DNA of 64,000 bases from Utricularia gibba. Taxonomy: Eukaryota; Plantae; Magnoliophyta. Made by a program: the position numbers and the translations under genes. Numbering within the stretch: position 1 is the stretch's first letter; each line of letters starts with the position of its first letter. The stretch is from NCBI GenBank assembly GCA_002189035.1, contig CM007991.1:4092001-4156000 (forward strand), in the 5' to 3' direction. The notes under the pieces are model-generated. The model was not told the origin of the DNA, did no database searches, and was given only the letters and a program-made list of their open reading frames with translations. Of the stretch, positions 37,206-51,224 are shown in pieces.

Positions 37206-39514
37206 CTATAGAACATATGAAGAAAGAAGGAAGACAAAAAAAAAGAGAAATTCAAATGCTATGGATTCATGTAGACAACTTCAGAATCCGAGAAGGAGAA
37301 GTTGCCTCTAACATAGAGGTGCTACTAAAAAACGTAGAAAAGCTGAAATGACTTGGTGAAATTGTGGATGACCGAGAAGAGCAAAAACTTAAAGCGAGAG
37401 TCATTCACAACTCATTTGCTGAATTTGATGTCGTTATTGAATCCCTGGATGCCATAGGCTTTCTCGAGACCCTGACTCTCCAACACCTATTAAATCACCT
37501 CAAGAATGTAGAAAGCAGACGGAAAACTCGAAAGTGATGAAAACCTTCATGACATAGTTTTCAAGACTGCATTTATCTCAAGCACTCACAAAGGAGAAAT
37601 AGAACAGCAGACTTACACAACACCAACATTCAAGCCTATCAAGGAAGAAAAGAAAGGATCATACCCTCCATGCCCTCATTGTGCTCAAAAGAATCACTTG
37701 CCTTCAAGTTGTTTCTGGCATTCTGATGCCTACTACACTATCTGCACTGCCAAGTGTCATATAGAGAAGGTGTGCCCAACCAAGAAAATTCAGAGCAACA
37801 CTCAAGCGACATCTAGGATGATTGAGTCAGTCACAGGAAAATTAAACAATGTATCTCTTGATAATATGAATAAGTACTTGAAGATTCTGATTTATTCTTT
37901 ATGCTACAAATCAATACTTACCGAATTCAAAGATCATAGACATAATGCTACATGGCTCATTCACTGTGCTTGCAGTAATCAACTCACAAATGACACATCC
38001 ATATTTGCCTCGTATAAGCCCATTTTTGGAAAATTGCTTATAGTGGCAGATGGGACTTCTATTGTAATAGAGGGCATCATTATGGTTTGCTTAAAAACAA
38101 ATAGTGTCTTGTCAAAATTGCAGAGGTTTATCATGTTCCCCAAGCCACTCATAATCTATTGGGTGTAGGGCAATTTATTGAAAACAGCTACAAATTACAT
38201 CTAGAAGTCTCCACTTGTACTATAACTTACTTCAACAACAACATCGTGCTGAAGGTTCTAATGATAAACATGCTATTCTCTATCAACTTTATTGATGAAA
38301 ATAAATATTACAGCCTTGCATGTGCCAATGCATCACTACTATGGCACAAGCACATGGGTCATCATCATTTGGCTCAAATAAAGGCATCTGAATCAAAGGG
38401 ATCAATTCAAGGCATACCTTAAGATCTCACAAATTCTCATCAACCTTGCAGATCTTGTCTCCTTGGTAAAATGAGCAGAAGCCCCTTCAAGAAAACAACA
38501 TAAGAATCAGATTTAAAGCTGAAATTAGTGGTTATCGATGTGTTTGGCCCTATGAACATATCTACTCTGGGAGAAAATCGATACTATTTACTCTTTATCA
38601 ATGATTATTCAAGATATACATGGGTATATTTTCTCAAGCACAAATCCAAAGTTACACACTACTTCAACACGTTCAAAGCACTAGCAAAAAATCAAAGCGG
38701 GTCAAAAATATTGACTTTGCATTTAGACAATGGAGGGGAGTATAAATCAACCAATCTACGAAACATATGCAATAAAAATGGAATTCTACATCGGTTTATA
38801 GTGCCATATACACCCTAACATAATGGCATATGCAAGGGGAAAAATTGCACTATTATGAATATGTCAAGATGCCTTCTTCTAGAACACAATCTACCCTCAC
38901 ATTTTTGGGGAGAAGCAGTTAATACCTCAATATTTTTACTCAATCGCCTTCCTATCAAGGGAGTTCATGAAGGTAAGACTCCCTATGAGTTGTGGTATGG
39001 AAGAACTCCAAATCTGAAAAACCTAAAAGTTTTTGGATCATTATGTTACGTCTTTGTTCCAAAGGAAAAAAAAAGAATAAATTGGAGAATCACTCTTAAA
39101 CAGGTGTATTCATGGGATACTTTGAAAATGAAAAAGATATACAGAATATATATTACTCAATCCAAAAAACTTGAGATTCGGAGATGTACAGATGTAGTAG
39201 TGGATGAATCTAAGACCTTCACATGGGATAGCATGCTTAAAGAATCATATTATGGACATGCACACGGAATTGAATCTCTCTTTCCACAAGATAAAGTAAA
39301 AAATCGTGTGGGAACTGACAATAATTATGAACTTGAGGAGGAAAGTGAACTGGCTCTAGAAAGGAATAATGCAGCATCTTTCAGGAATGAAACAGAACCT
39401 GGTGATAATGATGGTACCCCAAATGTAACTGTCAATGATAGAAGTCATGAAAGTGCACCAACTATTATCTCTATAGAAAAGAACCATGACTATACAAATA
39501 TCCTATCTCAAAAT

Positions 39515-42500
39515 TAGAGATGTTCAAAAGACCCACCCAAACCCAAAACCAATCGGAATCCCAATTTTTTGGGTCGGTTTTGATCGATTCTGGGTCTGGG
39601 CCGGTTTTAGGTCCGTTAAATGAAGAATCAGTTGGTTCTGGATTGGATCTAGGTCTATGGGAAAATACCTAGACTCGATGCAGAACCGATAGTATTTTTT
39701 TTATTTAAATGAAAAATTAATTTTTAAAATAACTTATAAAACCCACCACTAATAATGTTGGGCCGTGGGCTGTCAGCATGTTTTCATCATATTATTTATT
39801 AACACTTATTAGTATTATTATTATTACTTAAATAATTAAATGACAATGTGGCCCATATTTGTTGAAAGAAGTGCGGGCTTTGTAGCAACGGAGATAGCCG
39901 TGTTGATTTGGGTTTGTGGATTTGAGTAGTCTTTTGATTTTTCATGTTGCTAACTTGCTGTCATGCATGTTATGGTTTAGGCATTGAGATAGGTCATTGA
40001 GATTTGACTAATTCTATTTCTATCTGCTCTATTTAGGGTTTATTATTAATTGTGTACTGGATTTGTATTGTTTAGCTTAATTTTGTGCATTCTGATTATA
40101 AGATTTCAGGAGATGGCATCAAATGATGATTCTATTGTATCTTCCACACCACCACAAATTATGGAAGATGAGTAGAATATAAGAAAGTTGGGAACGGATA
40201 TTGATGAAAAAGACAATACTTGTGGATTAGGAGTAGGCTTAGTAAGGAATGAAGAAGAGACTGAAAACAATAATACAAGGAAAGAAAGTTCAGATGTTTG
40301 GAATGATTTTAGGAGATTCTTTGATGACAAGAAAAAAAAATGGCTGACAAAATGCAATTATTGCAAGAGAACCATTTCTACAGAAATAGCCAATAGCACC
40401 TCAAGTCTCTGGAAGCATTACAATAATATTGAGGAAAAAGGCAAAGTGGACATTAGGAAATCTATTCTTCAGATTGAAAGAAAAGGTGCAGTTAAAAAGT
40501 TTGACTTTGATCCCAAAATGGCACGAGAGGAACTCACAAAAGCTGTTGTTTTACATAATTATCCATTGGTCATGGTTGAATATATCGGATTTATAAGATT
40601 TTGTGCAAGTATGAATCCTGCATTCTCTATGATTTCTCGGCATTCTCTCAGAAGGGATATTACTCAAATGTATTTGAGTTACAGATCTAAGTGCTATTCA
40701 TTGTTACAAAAAAAAAAAAATCAAGTGAAAATTACAACAGATATGTGGACAGCCGATCATAATATGAAAGGATACATGGTAGTTACAGCACATTTTATTG
40801 ATGAAGATTGGAAGTTACAAGTTGTATCTTGAGGTTCCTTTAATATCATTTAAATAAGTGAATGTATTTAGTAGTATTTTCATTATGATTTGCTTATGAT
40901 TTTTCTCTCAATTTACTTGTCGTTTTTTTAGATTTGTTTATGTTCCATCACCACATACTGCTGGAGTAATTTAAGATGTGTTGCTTCAATCGCTTATTGA
41001 GTGGAATATTGATCGGAAGTTGTACAATTACTGTAGACAATTTTTCAACAAATGTTCTTGTGATGGAATTGATTCTCCTAAAGCTTTCATCAAAAGATTT
41101 ACTTCTTGGTGGTCAGGTACTTCACATGCATCGTAATGCGCACTTATTCTAAGATTGAGAGAGCAATTGAAAAAATTCATCGGAGTATTGTGTTTTGGAC
41201 AGCTTCGCAAAAGAGAGTTGAAACATTTGATCATGCTACGAACCAATGTGGTATTGGTGGTGACAAGAAGCTAGCACTTGATTGCAAGACTCGTTGAAAT
41301 TCGACACATTTGATGCTATGAACTGCTATTTTTTATAAAGATGTGTTTCCACGAGTAGCACTTATAGAGAGATAGTACAAAAATCTTCATTTTAAAGATG
41401 ATTGGGTCAAAGCACTTATAAAGATTTTTTATAAGACTACTCTCTTGTTTTCATAAACTCTTCACACCACTACCAACTTATTTTTTACTACAATTTGTGA
41501 AATCAAGATTCAACTAAATGAATGGGTTAAGAGTGCAGATGAGACCATTTCTGGAATGGCAGAAGTGTTGGGTTTCTCGTAGACATCAAATGTTTCAAAA
41601 GCAGCGGAATTTTAAAATTTTTTTAGAAACCCCAACGCAGATCTTGGAATACGGTATACATTATACAAAGGGATGCTGAAAATACCTTTCAGATGACTCC
41701 GTTGTTCACCAACCGCCAATAGCAGACGGCCTCTATGGTATCCACACGTGGAGCACTCCGTCGATAACCTTCTCAAGGCTCTTGAATGCTGGTCGAATTT
41801 CTCAGGTGCTAGTAGAGAAAAACGCCTCCTTGTGGACCAATCTCAAAGAGTACGAAGACTCTTTGGAGCAGATCTCTATATCTAAATCTTTTTATATATA
41901 TTTTGTGACATATCAAATCATATCTCCATAAAGATCGTATCTTGTGGAGATATGCATATGTTCCAAATCTTATCTATGTGAGATCTTTTATTTTGAGTTT
42001 AATCAACATTAATCTCAAAATAGCTCTCTATTTAATTTATCCATTTTACCAATTACATCTCATGTAATTGTGTCATCCTATTTTATATCGATGAGTGACT
42101 CCACTATTGTGTATAACCCTATAGGCTTCTTTAATCAAGCCCATAATAATGGATTTATTAATTAACTTTTAATTAATCAAATCCATCATTACCGATCATG
42201 AGTGATGTCTAGTAACATATCATGATCCCCAGGATTAAAGAATAATCAGGTGAACTGATTGAGCCTTTCCATGACCAGCCACCATGCAATGAATATCTTT
42301 CATCATTCTTATATCTCATTCGATACCAGAACATGGGTGTGTGTGTCTTCTAAAGCATCGAACTTATAATTGCATTCAAGCACTAACACTCAATGACCTA
42401 CTCAAACAATTCGAGTGTCATTACCCTTGGCCCAGGACTTACTGTTAGGCTTTGATGCAATTACTTAAGATATGATCTCATCGCTAACATGAGTGATGAA

Positions 42501-44169
42501 TTCTTTATTGATCAATCAACTATCTCCAACCTTAAGGAGTCACATCCCTACTCATCCATACTAGGCAAGACATGGTTAGGCTCCCATTAATAATGAGCGA
42601 AAATGTAAGCTTAAGATCAAGATAACTTTGTTGACCTCAAGTCTAAGCTTACTTGCACGGCTGTCACATTCGAGATCTTGTTACTGACACTTGGTTAGCT
42701 TCCCATAGTAGCATCTCGAAGATGAGTCATCCAGTGAATCGATTCTCTAATCGACACCCACACATAGGTTCTAGTAATCTCATCACATCAATTGTGAGAA
42801 CCATTGCCTAAACAGTTTAGGGAACTCAATGTGAGCCAGCTTATCCGTATTTGTGATATCCTCATTTCACAAATACTCTAGCCAGGGAGTTTTAACTTGA
42901 TCATGAGTGCTTGAAGAATCTCACATTATGATCTCATCATAATTTCTATAGCATATAGATCAAGTAGAGGATTTTATCAATGATATAAATTTGATCACAA
43001 TTCAAAGTAAATATCAAAAGATAAGATTTGCCAATGAGTTGATTGTCTCTAAAACACATACACTAACAAGAAGACATGATGGCCAAGTTCTCCAAATATT
43101 GGGACACTTGACATTTAATCCTTGGAGTTGCTGCGATTTTGGATTCAAGGTATAAGATGAAACTCATTGAATTCTATTTCCCTTTTATTTATGGCAAAGA
43201 TGCTAGTGTTCATATTGAAAAAGTGTTGAAGAGTGTGAGAGATCTTTTAAAAGAATACAAGTCTCTAGATACTTCTATTTCGAGTTTATCATCTTTGAGG
43301 GCAATTGATCATGTTTCTGCATCTAGTTCGGTTACTATGAGTAGATCTGGATCGTCCACTTTGTCGATGTATGATCAGTTCATGGCTAAAGAATTTAGAA
43401 TTGTTTCAAATCCCCTTGAATTAGAGTTAGACTACCATCTCAAAGAGCCAGTCTTGCAAGGAATGGGGAATTTCAATGTGCTTAATTGGTGGTTGGTAAG
43501 TGGAAATGTGACTTATCCTACATTAAGGAAAATGGCAAGTGATATTCTAGCTATTCCTATTTCTACGGTAGCATCAGAATCTGCTTTTAGTATTGGTGGA
43601 AAAATTGTTACCGTCCTTCATAGTAGGTTGAAGGAAGATATTCTAGAAGCACTAATATACACTAGATATTGGCTACGGAATGAGATCAAGGGTAAGCCTG
43701 AAGCATTATTTATTATCACTATTTGATAATATTTTCTAATTGCCTAATCTGATCTTATTTTATTTTTTTGTGATCTAGATATGGAACAAATCTCATTGCT
43801 TGAAGACAAACTGATTGAGGATGAGAACTTGGAGAACATTCATGATAGCTTATATACCACTGAAGCATGAAGTTCGGTTTTTTGAACTCAGATCATGTTT
43901 TAATTTGTATAAACATTTTTCTTAGTGTTTGTCAACTTTCTTTGCCTTTTAATGCTCTTCTATTGTTTGAAAGCTTTCAAATTCAATGTTTTTAGGAAAA
44001 GCCGGAATCGGTAAGGACCTAGAATCGACCCAGAATCGACCCAGAATCAATAAAGAACTGTGGTTTTGGGTCTATCAGTTCTTAATCGAGTCTGGGTTGT
44101 TTTCGGGTCTTTGTCTTTATAGTTGAGTTGGTTATGGGTTGGCATAGAAGAGACCCATGAACATCTTTA
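39515..44169 (+). mobile_element. hAT DNA transposon with degenerate BED-finger transposase, inserted between copia INT and RT
   Basis: TIR TAGAGATGTTCA versus rc TAAAGATGTTCA. Perfect 8-bp TSD CTCAAAAT (39507-39514, 44170-44177). Motifs KCNYCK, TTDMWT, LDCKTR*NST and ILAIPISTVASESAFS. Premature stops. Confidence 0.93.
41566..43068 (-). mobile_element. Solo LTR (1503 bp, Angela-like copia) inside the hAT transposase
   Basis: TG...CA termini with perfect 5-bp TSD AGAAG (41561-41565, 43069-43073). Removing it restores MAEDMMAKFSKYWD. The minus-strand start TGTTAGTGTATGTG...TAGAGACAAT resembles Angela LTRs. Confidence 0.9.
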
Positions 44170-45198
44170 CTCAAAATCGAAGCACCAAAAATAATGTAGA
44201 TGCCCAAAATACTAACTCTGATGACTCTGGCCACTCCTTACGAAAACAGGAGGAAAATCAAGCAGGCTCTTCTAAATAGATGGAACCTAATATGCAGACT
44301 ACACATGTCATTCTTGATGAGTATATGCCACATTTTCTATGCACTCAACCGAATCAAAATTATGATGAAGTACCTGTTCGAGGCTATGATTCCATCAGTT
44401 GAATTTATGGCAAAGCTCTGCTATAGACAAACTTGCTAATATTAAACCTCTTGGGTTGAAGTGGATCTTCCAAACGGAATTCAACTCCAATGGATCTATG
44501 AATAAACTTAAATCCAGATTAGTAACAAAAGTATACCTGCAAAGAGAAGGAATTGACTATTAGGAAACCTTTGCTCCTGTCGCTCGGTTTTATACTATAA
44601 AATTAGTCATCGCCTATGTTGCTTGATACTGAAGTTGTGTGATGACCTAAAGATCAAGATCCAAAAGCTGCTCATCCTAAAAATTGATAACAGATTTGCA
44701 ATCAGTATCGCACAAAACCCCATCATGTTCGGAAAAACAAAGCATATCCGGATCAAGTATCGAGTCTTGCGGGACTACGTGAAAGAAGGAAGCATTAGAT
44801 TGGAGTTTCTACCGTCTGAACAATAGGCCATAGGTATTCTCACTAAAGCCCTCTTCTCATGATACTTTGCGCAAATTTGAGAGATGCTAGGACTGAGAAT
44901 AAATCCAACATATTCTTCTACTTCCCCTCAGTTGCATCATCAAGAAGGAATGATGACTGTTGAGGATGAATCTAAGGAGAAGCATCAGAATCCAGCGAGA
45001 GATCAAGAATAGAGGCAAAAAGATGTCGTAGCAAGGAGAAGGAAGAGAAGAATAGAAGAAGATATGAGCCTTATTGTGTTAGACCCAAGTTGTGCCAAAT
45101 GGGCCTTTAAGAAGGAAGATTTTGAGAACCCAACCTGCTCCATGGGGATCCACCCAGACAATCTGAAGCTAGAAAATAAAGGAAGTCTACCTACCTCA

Positions 45199-48100
45199 TT
45201 GCTTCCCAAATCCATTGATACCAAATGTCAATATGTTTGGTTTTGGAATGTTATGCTGCATGCTTGCTCAAGTTTATGGTACTTTGGTTGTCACAAAGAA
45301 TTTTCAGCTTGTAACTTGGTGCTGAGAAGTTCTGTTCTTGCAAGAATCGATCCAGCCAAATAGCCTCATTCCCTACTTGGGTAAGTGGCATATACTCTAC
45401 TTCCATAGACGAGAGTGCCACACAATGCTAAAGAGATGACAACCATGCTACTCCACCACCACTCAGTATGGTGATCAAACCTGTGGTAGATCTTGTGGAA
45501 TCAATATCCCCAACTAAATTAGAATCAACATACACACTAGGCTCACTGCAGAATGTTTCACCATAGCTCAATGCGAGATCAGCCATGCCTTTTAGATATC
45601 ATAACAGCCACTTTGCTACTTCCTAGTGCACTGCTTTCAGCCATGACAGAAAGCAACTGATGTAGCTAATTGCATACGCGATATCAAGCTAGACAGCACA
45701 CAAATTTTCATGTTTTTACAATATGAAAATCATGAGTTTTTAATTATATTTAGTTGTTTATTTTATAGTTTTAAATGTTTTTATATATAATTTTTTGTGT
45801 TTTAGTGGGTTAAATCCCTTGATTTAGCCCACCCATGTTCTAACCCAATTTTGAGCCCAACAGCTACCCGAAAATCATGGAAAAGTCAAGGATTTCATGT
45901 AAGTTACCACGCAATATGAAGTAATGAATACACTGTCCCGACAACAGTCTGCAAGTCAAGGGCAGGAGTAGCAGAATTGTCAGAGAATGTACTTGACTTG
46001 AGCAATAGGAGGCGAGAGAAAGGGAGAGGAGAGAGAATTGCAAGGGACAACATGTTTTTTTCAGAATACACACGGGGGGATTTTTCCCTCCAACATTCAG
46101 CAACCCCCAACGGCGGGGAGAACGACTTCTCCACCGACCAACAACTCGAACACGAAGAACATCGACCAGAAGAGGAGAAGAAGATCTTCATCCTCAAGCA
46201 CTACATCAAAAACAGTTCAACACTACTGTTGTGGTCCAGGAAGAGTAGCAGACGGAAACCAGAACTCTTACTACTTTATTTTAGTTTGTTTATATTTTCA
46301 GTTTCTGCAACCAACTCTTTCACAATGTTCTTGCCATTACATTTTAACTTCAAAGCATGAGTAGCTAAACCCTAGGGGTGTCTTAAGGTGAAGCATGATG
46401 GTGTGGGTCTAGGAGTCTTAATAAAATTCACCATTGTTTCTTAGCTCTTATTTCTATCAAACCATGGGTAGACCTAAGGAAGGGAACAAGTAGCTTCACA
46501 AATTAGATGCTTGATTTAGAGGTAGTCCAACAAATCAAGATGGGCGCAGTAGATGTTAGTCTGGGGTAGAACGAGTAGAACCGGGTAGACCTAGTTCTAT
46601 ATGCTTTGCATGCGAGTAGGCCTAATTGCAATGTTGGTGATGATATGGGGGACTAACTTAGCCGAAAATATGATGAGTGACCTAGGTAGATTTAGGTTAT
46701 TTGAAATTGTGAGTGTAGTAACATGGTAGATTAAATTAGGGATCTTAGCACTATACCACCTGCAGACCCTTAAGGCACCTTAATATTATTCTGAGTTAGA
46801 ACCAGTACCTCTTACCTTAACGTTAAGACCAGATATTGTTTACGGAAGTTGTTTACCACTGTTGGTCCGAGCTTAGACTAAGACTTACCATTACTTTGAA
46901 TTCTGCATCTGTCGAAATACATGACAAGCACAAGCTCCCTGTGATCGACCCCGAATACCACTGTATACTTTGTGTTTAATTTGTATTTTGTGAGGATTAG
47001 GAACTATAAATTTATTTGATACGGAAATTTGGTTTTATTGCAACAGCATGCTAAAATTTTCGTTTCAGTACTCATCATTATGTACATAACAGAGCCCACA
47101 TAGGACGAGAAAGGGACTGTTGACATAAATGCAGCCTCGTTTTCTGTCTCCGCACCACCCACCCACTCCACTAATGAGTTTAACAGCATGATTCATAGGA
47201 GTGGACAATGGCTTACAATCAACCATATCAAACTTTCGAACCACTTGCTGAATGTACCGCACTTGACTAAGGCTAAGTGTCCTGGCTTTGCAGTCTCTCA
47301 CAATGTCTATTTTGAGAACTCTCATAGCATCCCTAAAGCTGTTCTTTCAATTGATTTAGAAATGCCACTCATGGACTCAATAACAGCTATCGTCAACATA
47401 AAGCACCAACAGCACCATGTCCCCTACAACATACTGAAAACAAGCACAAGGTTAGCTTCAGATTTCCTATAGCCCAGTTGGATCATATATTTGCCAAACT
47501 TCTGATTCCACTGACGAGGGGTCTTCTTGAGGACATATAAGCTCTGTTTGAGCTTACAAACCACATGTTCCTGACCTTGCTTAATAAATCCTAGTATTTG
47601 CTTTATAAAGATTTCTTCATGTAATTCTCCATGTAGAAGCATGATTGCAACTCAAGATCGAATTAGGCTACAAAAGACAGAATAATGCAAATCACATATA
47701 TCTTGGCCACCGGGGAGAAAATCTCTTGATAATCAACACCTTCTTTTTTATTAAACCCTTTTATCATGATTCTAGCATTGTAGCGCATGGTGCCATCAGG
47801 ATTGCGTTTTAGCTTTAAGATCTACTTATTATATAGTGGCTTTCTACGCTCAAGCAAAACCACAAGCTCATATCTTTGGTTTTTCCATAAAGACTACATT
47901 TCCTTCTTCATCATCCATCCACTTATCTTCATCAATAGTATGCATAGCCTCATTCGATTCAAGTTCTTCCTCTTCAATGATCAAAATAAATTCAGAAGAT
48001 GTATATCTAGAGCTAGGTATCACTCCTCTATATGATCTATGTAAAGGTTGAGTTGTTGGAATTGAGGGACTATCCTTAGTGGCTGGGTTCTCTGTGGAAC

Positions 48101-50838
48101 TTGAAGGTTGTTGCCATGCTATCTCTAGTGATGCACTTACTATTTGTCGTTGCAATGCCACACTCATAGATTGAACAAAGTCTAAGTTTATGCTAACTTC
48201 CTCACCAGTATGTGGAGACTCGTTCAATGACCATTTCTAATTTTCTAGGAAACGAACATCTTGTGATTGGACGATCTTACCAATAGCAGGATCCCATAGA
48301 CAGTAAACCAGATCTATCTCTCCATAACCTAGAAACATGTAGGATTTGGCATGATCATCCAATTTATGCCACTTCTCCACATGCACATGTACCAAAGTCT
48401 TACATCCGAACATCTAAAGATGCAAATTCTTTAGATGTTCTTCATAACTTCACTTGTCTCCCTATCCATAATTCTTCTGGGAGCTACAAATCTATGGCCT
48501 TCTTAATACTTTGATTAGACAAATAACAAGTGGTCAAGATCGCCTCACCCTAGAATTTCCCTGATAAAGCAGCATCTTTCAACATACATCTGACCTTATC
48601 AAATAAGGTGCGGTTCAATCTTTCTACTATGAGGTTGTGTTGGGGTGTTTCAGGTTCTGTCGCCATCTTGCTAATGCCAGGGTTTAGACAGTATTGTTTA
48701 AACTTCAAACTACAGAACTCATCATCATTTTCAGTCCATAGAAACTTCAGTTTAACACTAGTTTGTTGCTCAACTATTGCATGAAATGTCTTAAAACACT
48801 CAAACACCTCAAACTTGTGGGTGATCAGATAAACCCATGATTTGCATGTAGCATCATCCGTGAATGTCAGAAAGTGCTTCACTTACCCAACTGTGGGAAT
48901 ATTTACTGGGCCACTTACATTAGAGAACACCAAATCAAGCTTATCTTTGCTTTTGTGGAAATTTAATTTGAACCACTATGTACTGCTTGCCTATGATGTA
49001 GCTTTCACACACAGTTGTAACATTACAAGTGTTAATAGCACCCTTTCTAACCAATTTCTGAATGCCCAATTCTGAGAGGTGCCTCAAGCGTTTATGCCGC
49101 ACCTCATATAGCAGCATGGATTTGGCTACCATCAAGACTTCTTGAAGCTTAGGTTTTCACTCTTTGCGATAGAGTCCACCTACTAGAGTCTCACCAATCA
49201 AGAGCAAATTGACCTGCAGAGATGGCACATGTCGCACCTCTATCAATTTCAATTTAGTAGCTAAGTTTGTAATCACCACGAGATCACCAACCCTTGCAAT
49301 TTCAAAGACCGAGTCATTACCCATTTTCAAAGTACTTGAGTCACACTTCTTATAATTCACCATTCCACGCTTAGAGGGTGATGCATGGAATGATACACCA
49401 GAGTCTACAAACTAAGTATCCACCAGCCCTGCATCCCCTGCTTCAGTTGCAAGAAGAATCAATAAATCATCATCAATTTCGTTGCGATAAACTGTAGTAT
49501 TGGCTTCTGGATTTTTTGAGGTGTGTGCTAGCTGTTTTTCCCATTGTGCTTGTTTGTACCCATAGCAATCCTTTCGAAGGTGAACTTTCTTCCTGTAGTA
49601 GAAACACGTCCAGTTTTCCTTTTTGTGGTATGTACTCTCACTACTCTATGATTGATCACGATGACCAGATTTGTCACACCCTCGTCTTCCATGATGATCC
49701 CGTGACCTCCCTCTCTGATTTCCATCAACATAAGGCAATGTTCTTGGTATCAAGACCCTTTCCAACACCTGCATTTCAGTGCCGCAACTCTTCTTGCAAT
49801 AGAGCATTTGCTAAAATCTCATACCTAAGACTCCCATTGGCAGAGTTATTAAGGGTAATAACTAACGTCTTCCATGAATCAAGTAATGAGTCCATAAATT
49901 GGATAGCATGAATTTCTTCATCAAAACACATTTTGATAGAAACCATTTGATCAATGATGTCTATAAACCGGCTCAAATGCTCAGCCATCGATTTCCCATC
50001 CTTGTACTTCAGCTGCAACATGCTTTTATATAGAGGAAATTTATTTAGGGCATTTTCAAGACAAAACATGTACTCCAGTGCCTTCCACAATTCCTGAGCA
50101 TCATCAAATTCATTGATGCGATTCGAGAGACTATTATCGATACACAAGTTCATAATTACCACTACTTTTAGATGAAATCGACACCACTCCAAGGTTTCCA
50201 CATTTGAGGAAGAGAGTGCCCCTGCCACAATAGGCTCCCACTGGTCTTTCCATACCAGGACAGACTTGATCTTCGAGCGCCACAATGAGTAATTCGTGGT
50301 TGTAAGCTTAGGTACTCCATGGACCTCTTCCATATGCTCTGATACCACTTGTAGTCATGTATTGATTATGAGTGTGAAAATAGAACAAGACAAGTTTAGC
50401 TAGGTAAATCCCCAATTGGGAAAACCTCTTGGTGTTGAGTTAAATACTCAATTTGCAGATTCACTAGGCTTTGAACAAGAAACACAATACACATAATGCT
50501 CCCAACCCAAATCACACATGCTATGATCACTCTCGAACCAGACAGAATCTAGCTCACACCCCCACTCTCTCACTGCACACTCCATTATAGGCAAACAGTC
50601 ACACTACGCATGAGCCTTCCTATGCATAGTGGGAAAAAACTGCTAGGCTAACTACCCAACCTTGTGGCACACCTTTCACTTGCCTACTGAACCTATTGAC
50701 CATTAAGCTCGCATTGGGTAACATGGTGTTGGACATTGGGGCTAAATTTGGGACAATAGAAGATGCAAATATTTTGATGGAAAAGTAATGACGCTTGCTC
50801 ACCAAACTACATTATGCATACTTTCTTCCGATTCATCA
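45199..50838 (-). mobile_element. Second Ty1/copia (Tork/Tnt1-like), degenerate; 5' LTR 50838-50350, 3' end deleted
   Basis: LTR TGATGAATC...ACTACA, PBS TGGTATCAGAGC (iMet) at 50347-50336, gag ORF 50348-49776, integrase LKFLWTENDDEF...ERLNRTL, RT LLHGELHEEI, RNaseH ILCDNQSTI...KTKHIDI. Confidence 0.9.
45691..47067 (+). mobile_element. Probable solo LTR (gypsy/Athila-like, ~1.38 kb) interrupting the RT of the second copia
   Basis: The RT reading MMST|RLDIAYAISY is split by this block. It ends ...CCCTGTGATCGACCCC...TTTCGTTTCA. No TSD is recognisable. Confidence 0.6.
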
Positions 50839-51224
50839 AATTGCAAGTGAGCATATATTGGAAACACAGTACGATATGGTCTTGCTGATCATATTTATTA
50901 AAATATTAAAATTATTATTATTTTTATTAATTATAATTTTTCATAAAACTAATCGTATAAAATCAAAATACTGTATACATTATAATAGTTTGTATTATAG
51001 AAACTAAATTGTGTATATATATATATATATATATAAGTTTTTTTTAATATTTTTTAATAAAAATTCGTTTGTTTATTTTATTAAATTTGATATATATGAA
51101 AATTAGGGCTATTTGACAGAACTATTGTGCAAAGTTTTTTAAAATAGGATTATTTAGTCAATTGCTTTTTCGCAGAGAGGTAGTTAACTAAATTACCCCC
51201 AAAGGATTCTTTTCTAGGAGAGAC

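Larger units (their letters stand above)
36033..45198 (+). mobile_element. Ty1/copia retrotransposon (Ale-like), degenerate; 5' LTR 36033-36405, truncated 3' LTR 44958-45198
   Basis: LTRs start TGTTGAG(T/G)ATGAATCTAAGGAGAAGCATCAG, with about 17 mismatches in the first ~130 bp by eye. PBS at 36406 and a purine tract before 44958. Gag IDGKGYDIWAPKME with two Zn knuckles, integrase IDVFGP...LHLDNGGEY. The RT N-terminus is joined directly to RNaseH (central RT deleted near 44620). Confidence 0.9.
35192..51198. mobile_element. Non-autonomous MULE shell (~1.2 kb of own sequence) enclosing a 14.8-kb nest of retrotransposons and hAT elements
   Basis: Long inverted repeats at 35192-~35385 and ~51010-51198 (CAAATAGCCCTAATTTTCATATATATCAAATTTAATAAAATAAA... 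matches its reverse complement). Degenerate TSD TCAAAAGGA/CCCAAAGGA. Confidence 0.75.

Noticed and set aside
36811-37351. Ser-rich ORFs of 102-121 aa
   Set aside because: By-products of GAGCTC repeats in the hAT MITE.
45864-46364. Overlapping ORFs of 79-127 aa
   Set aside because: They lie within the solo-LTR-like insertion and have no protein motif.
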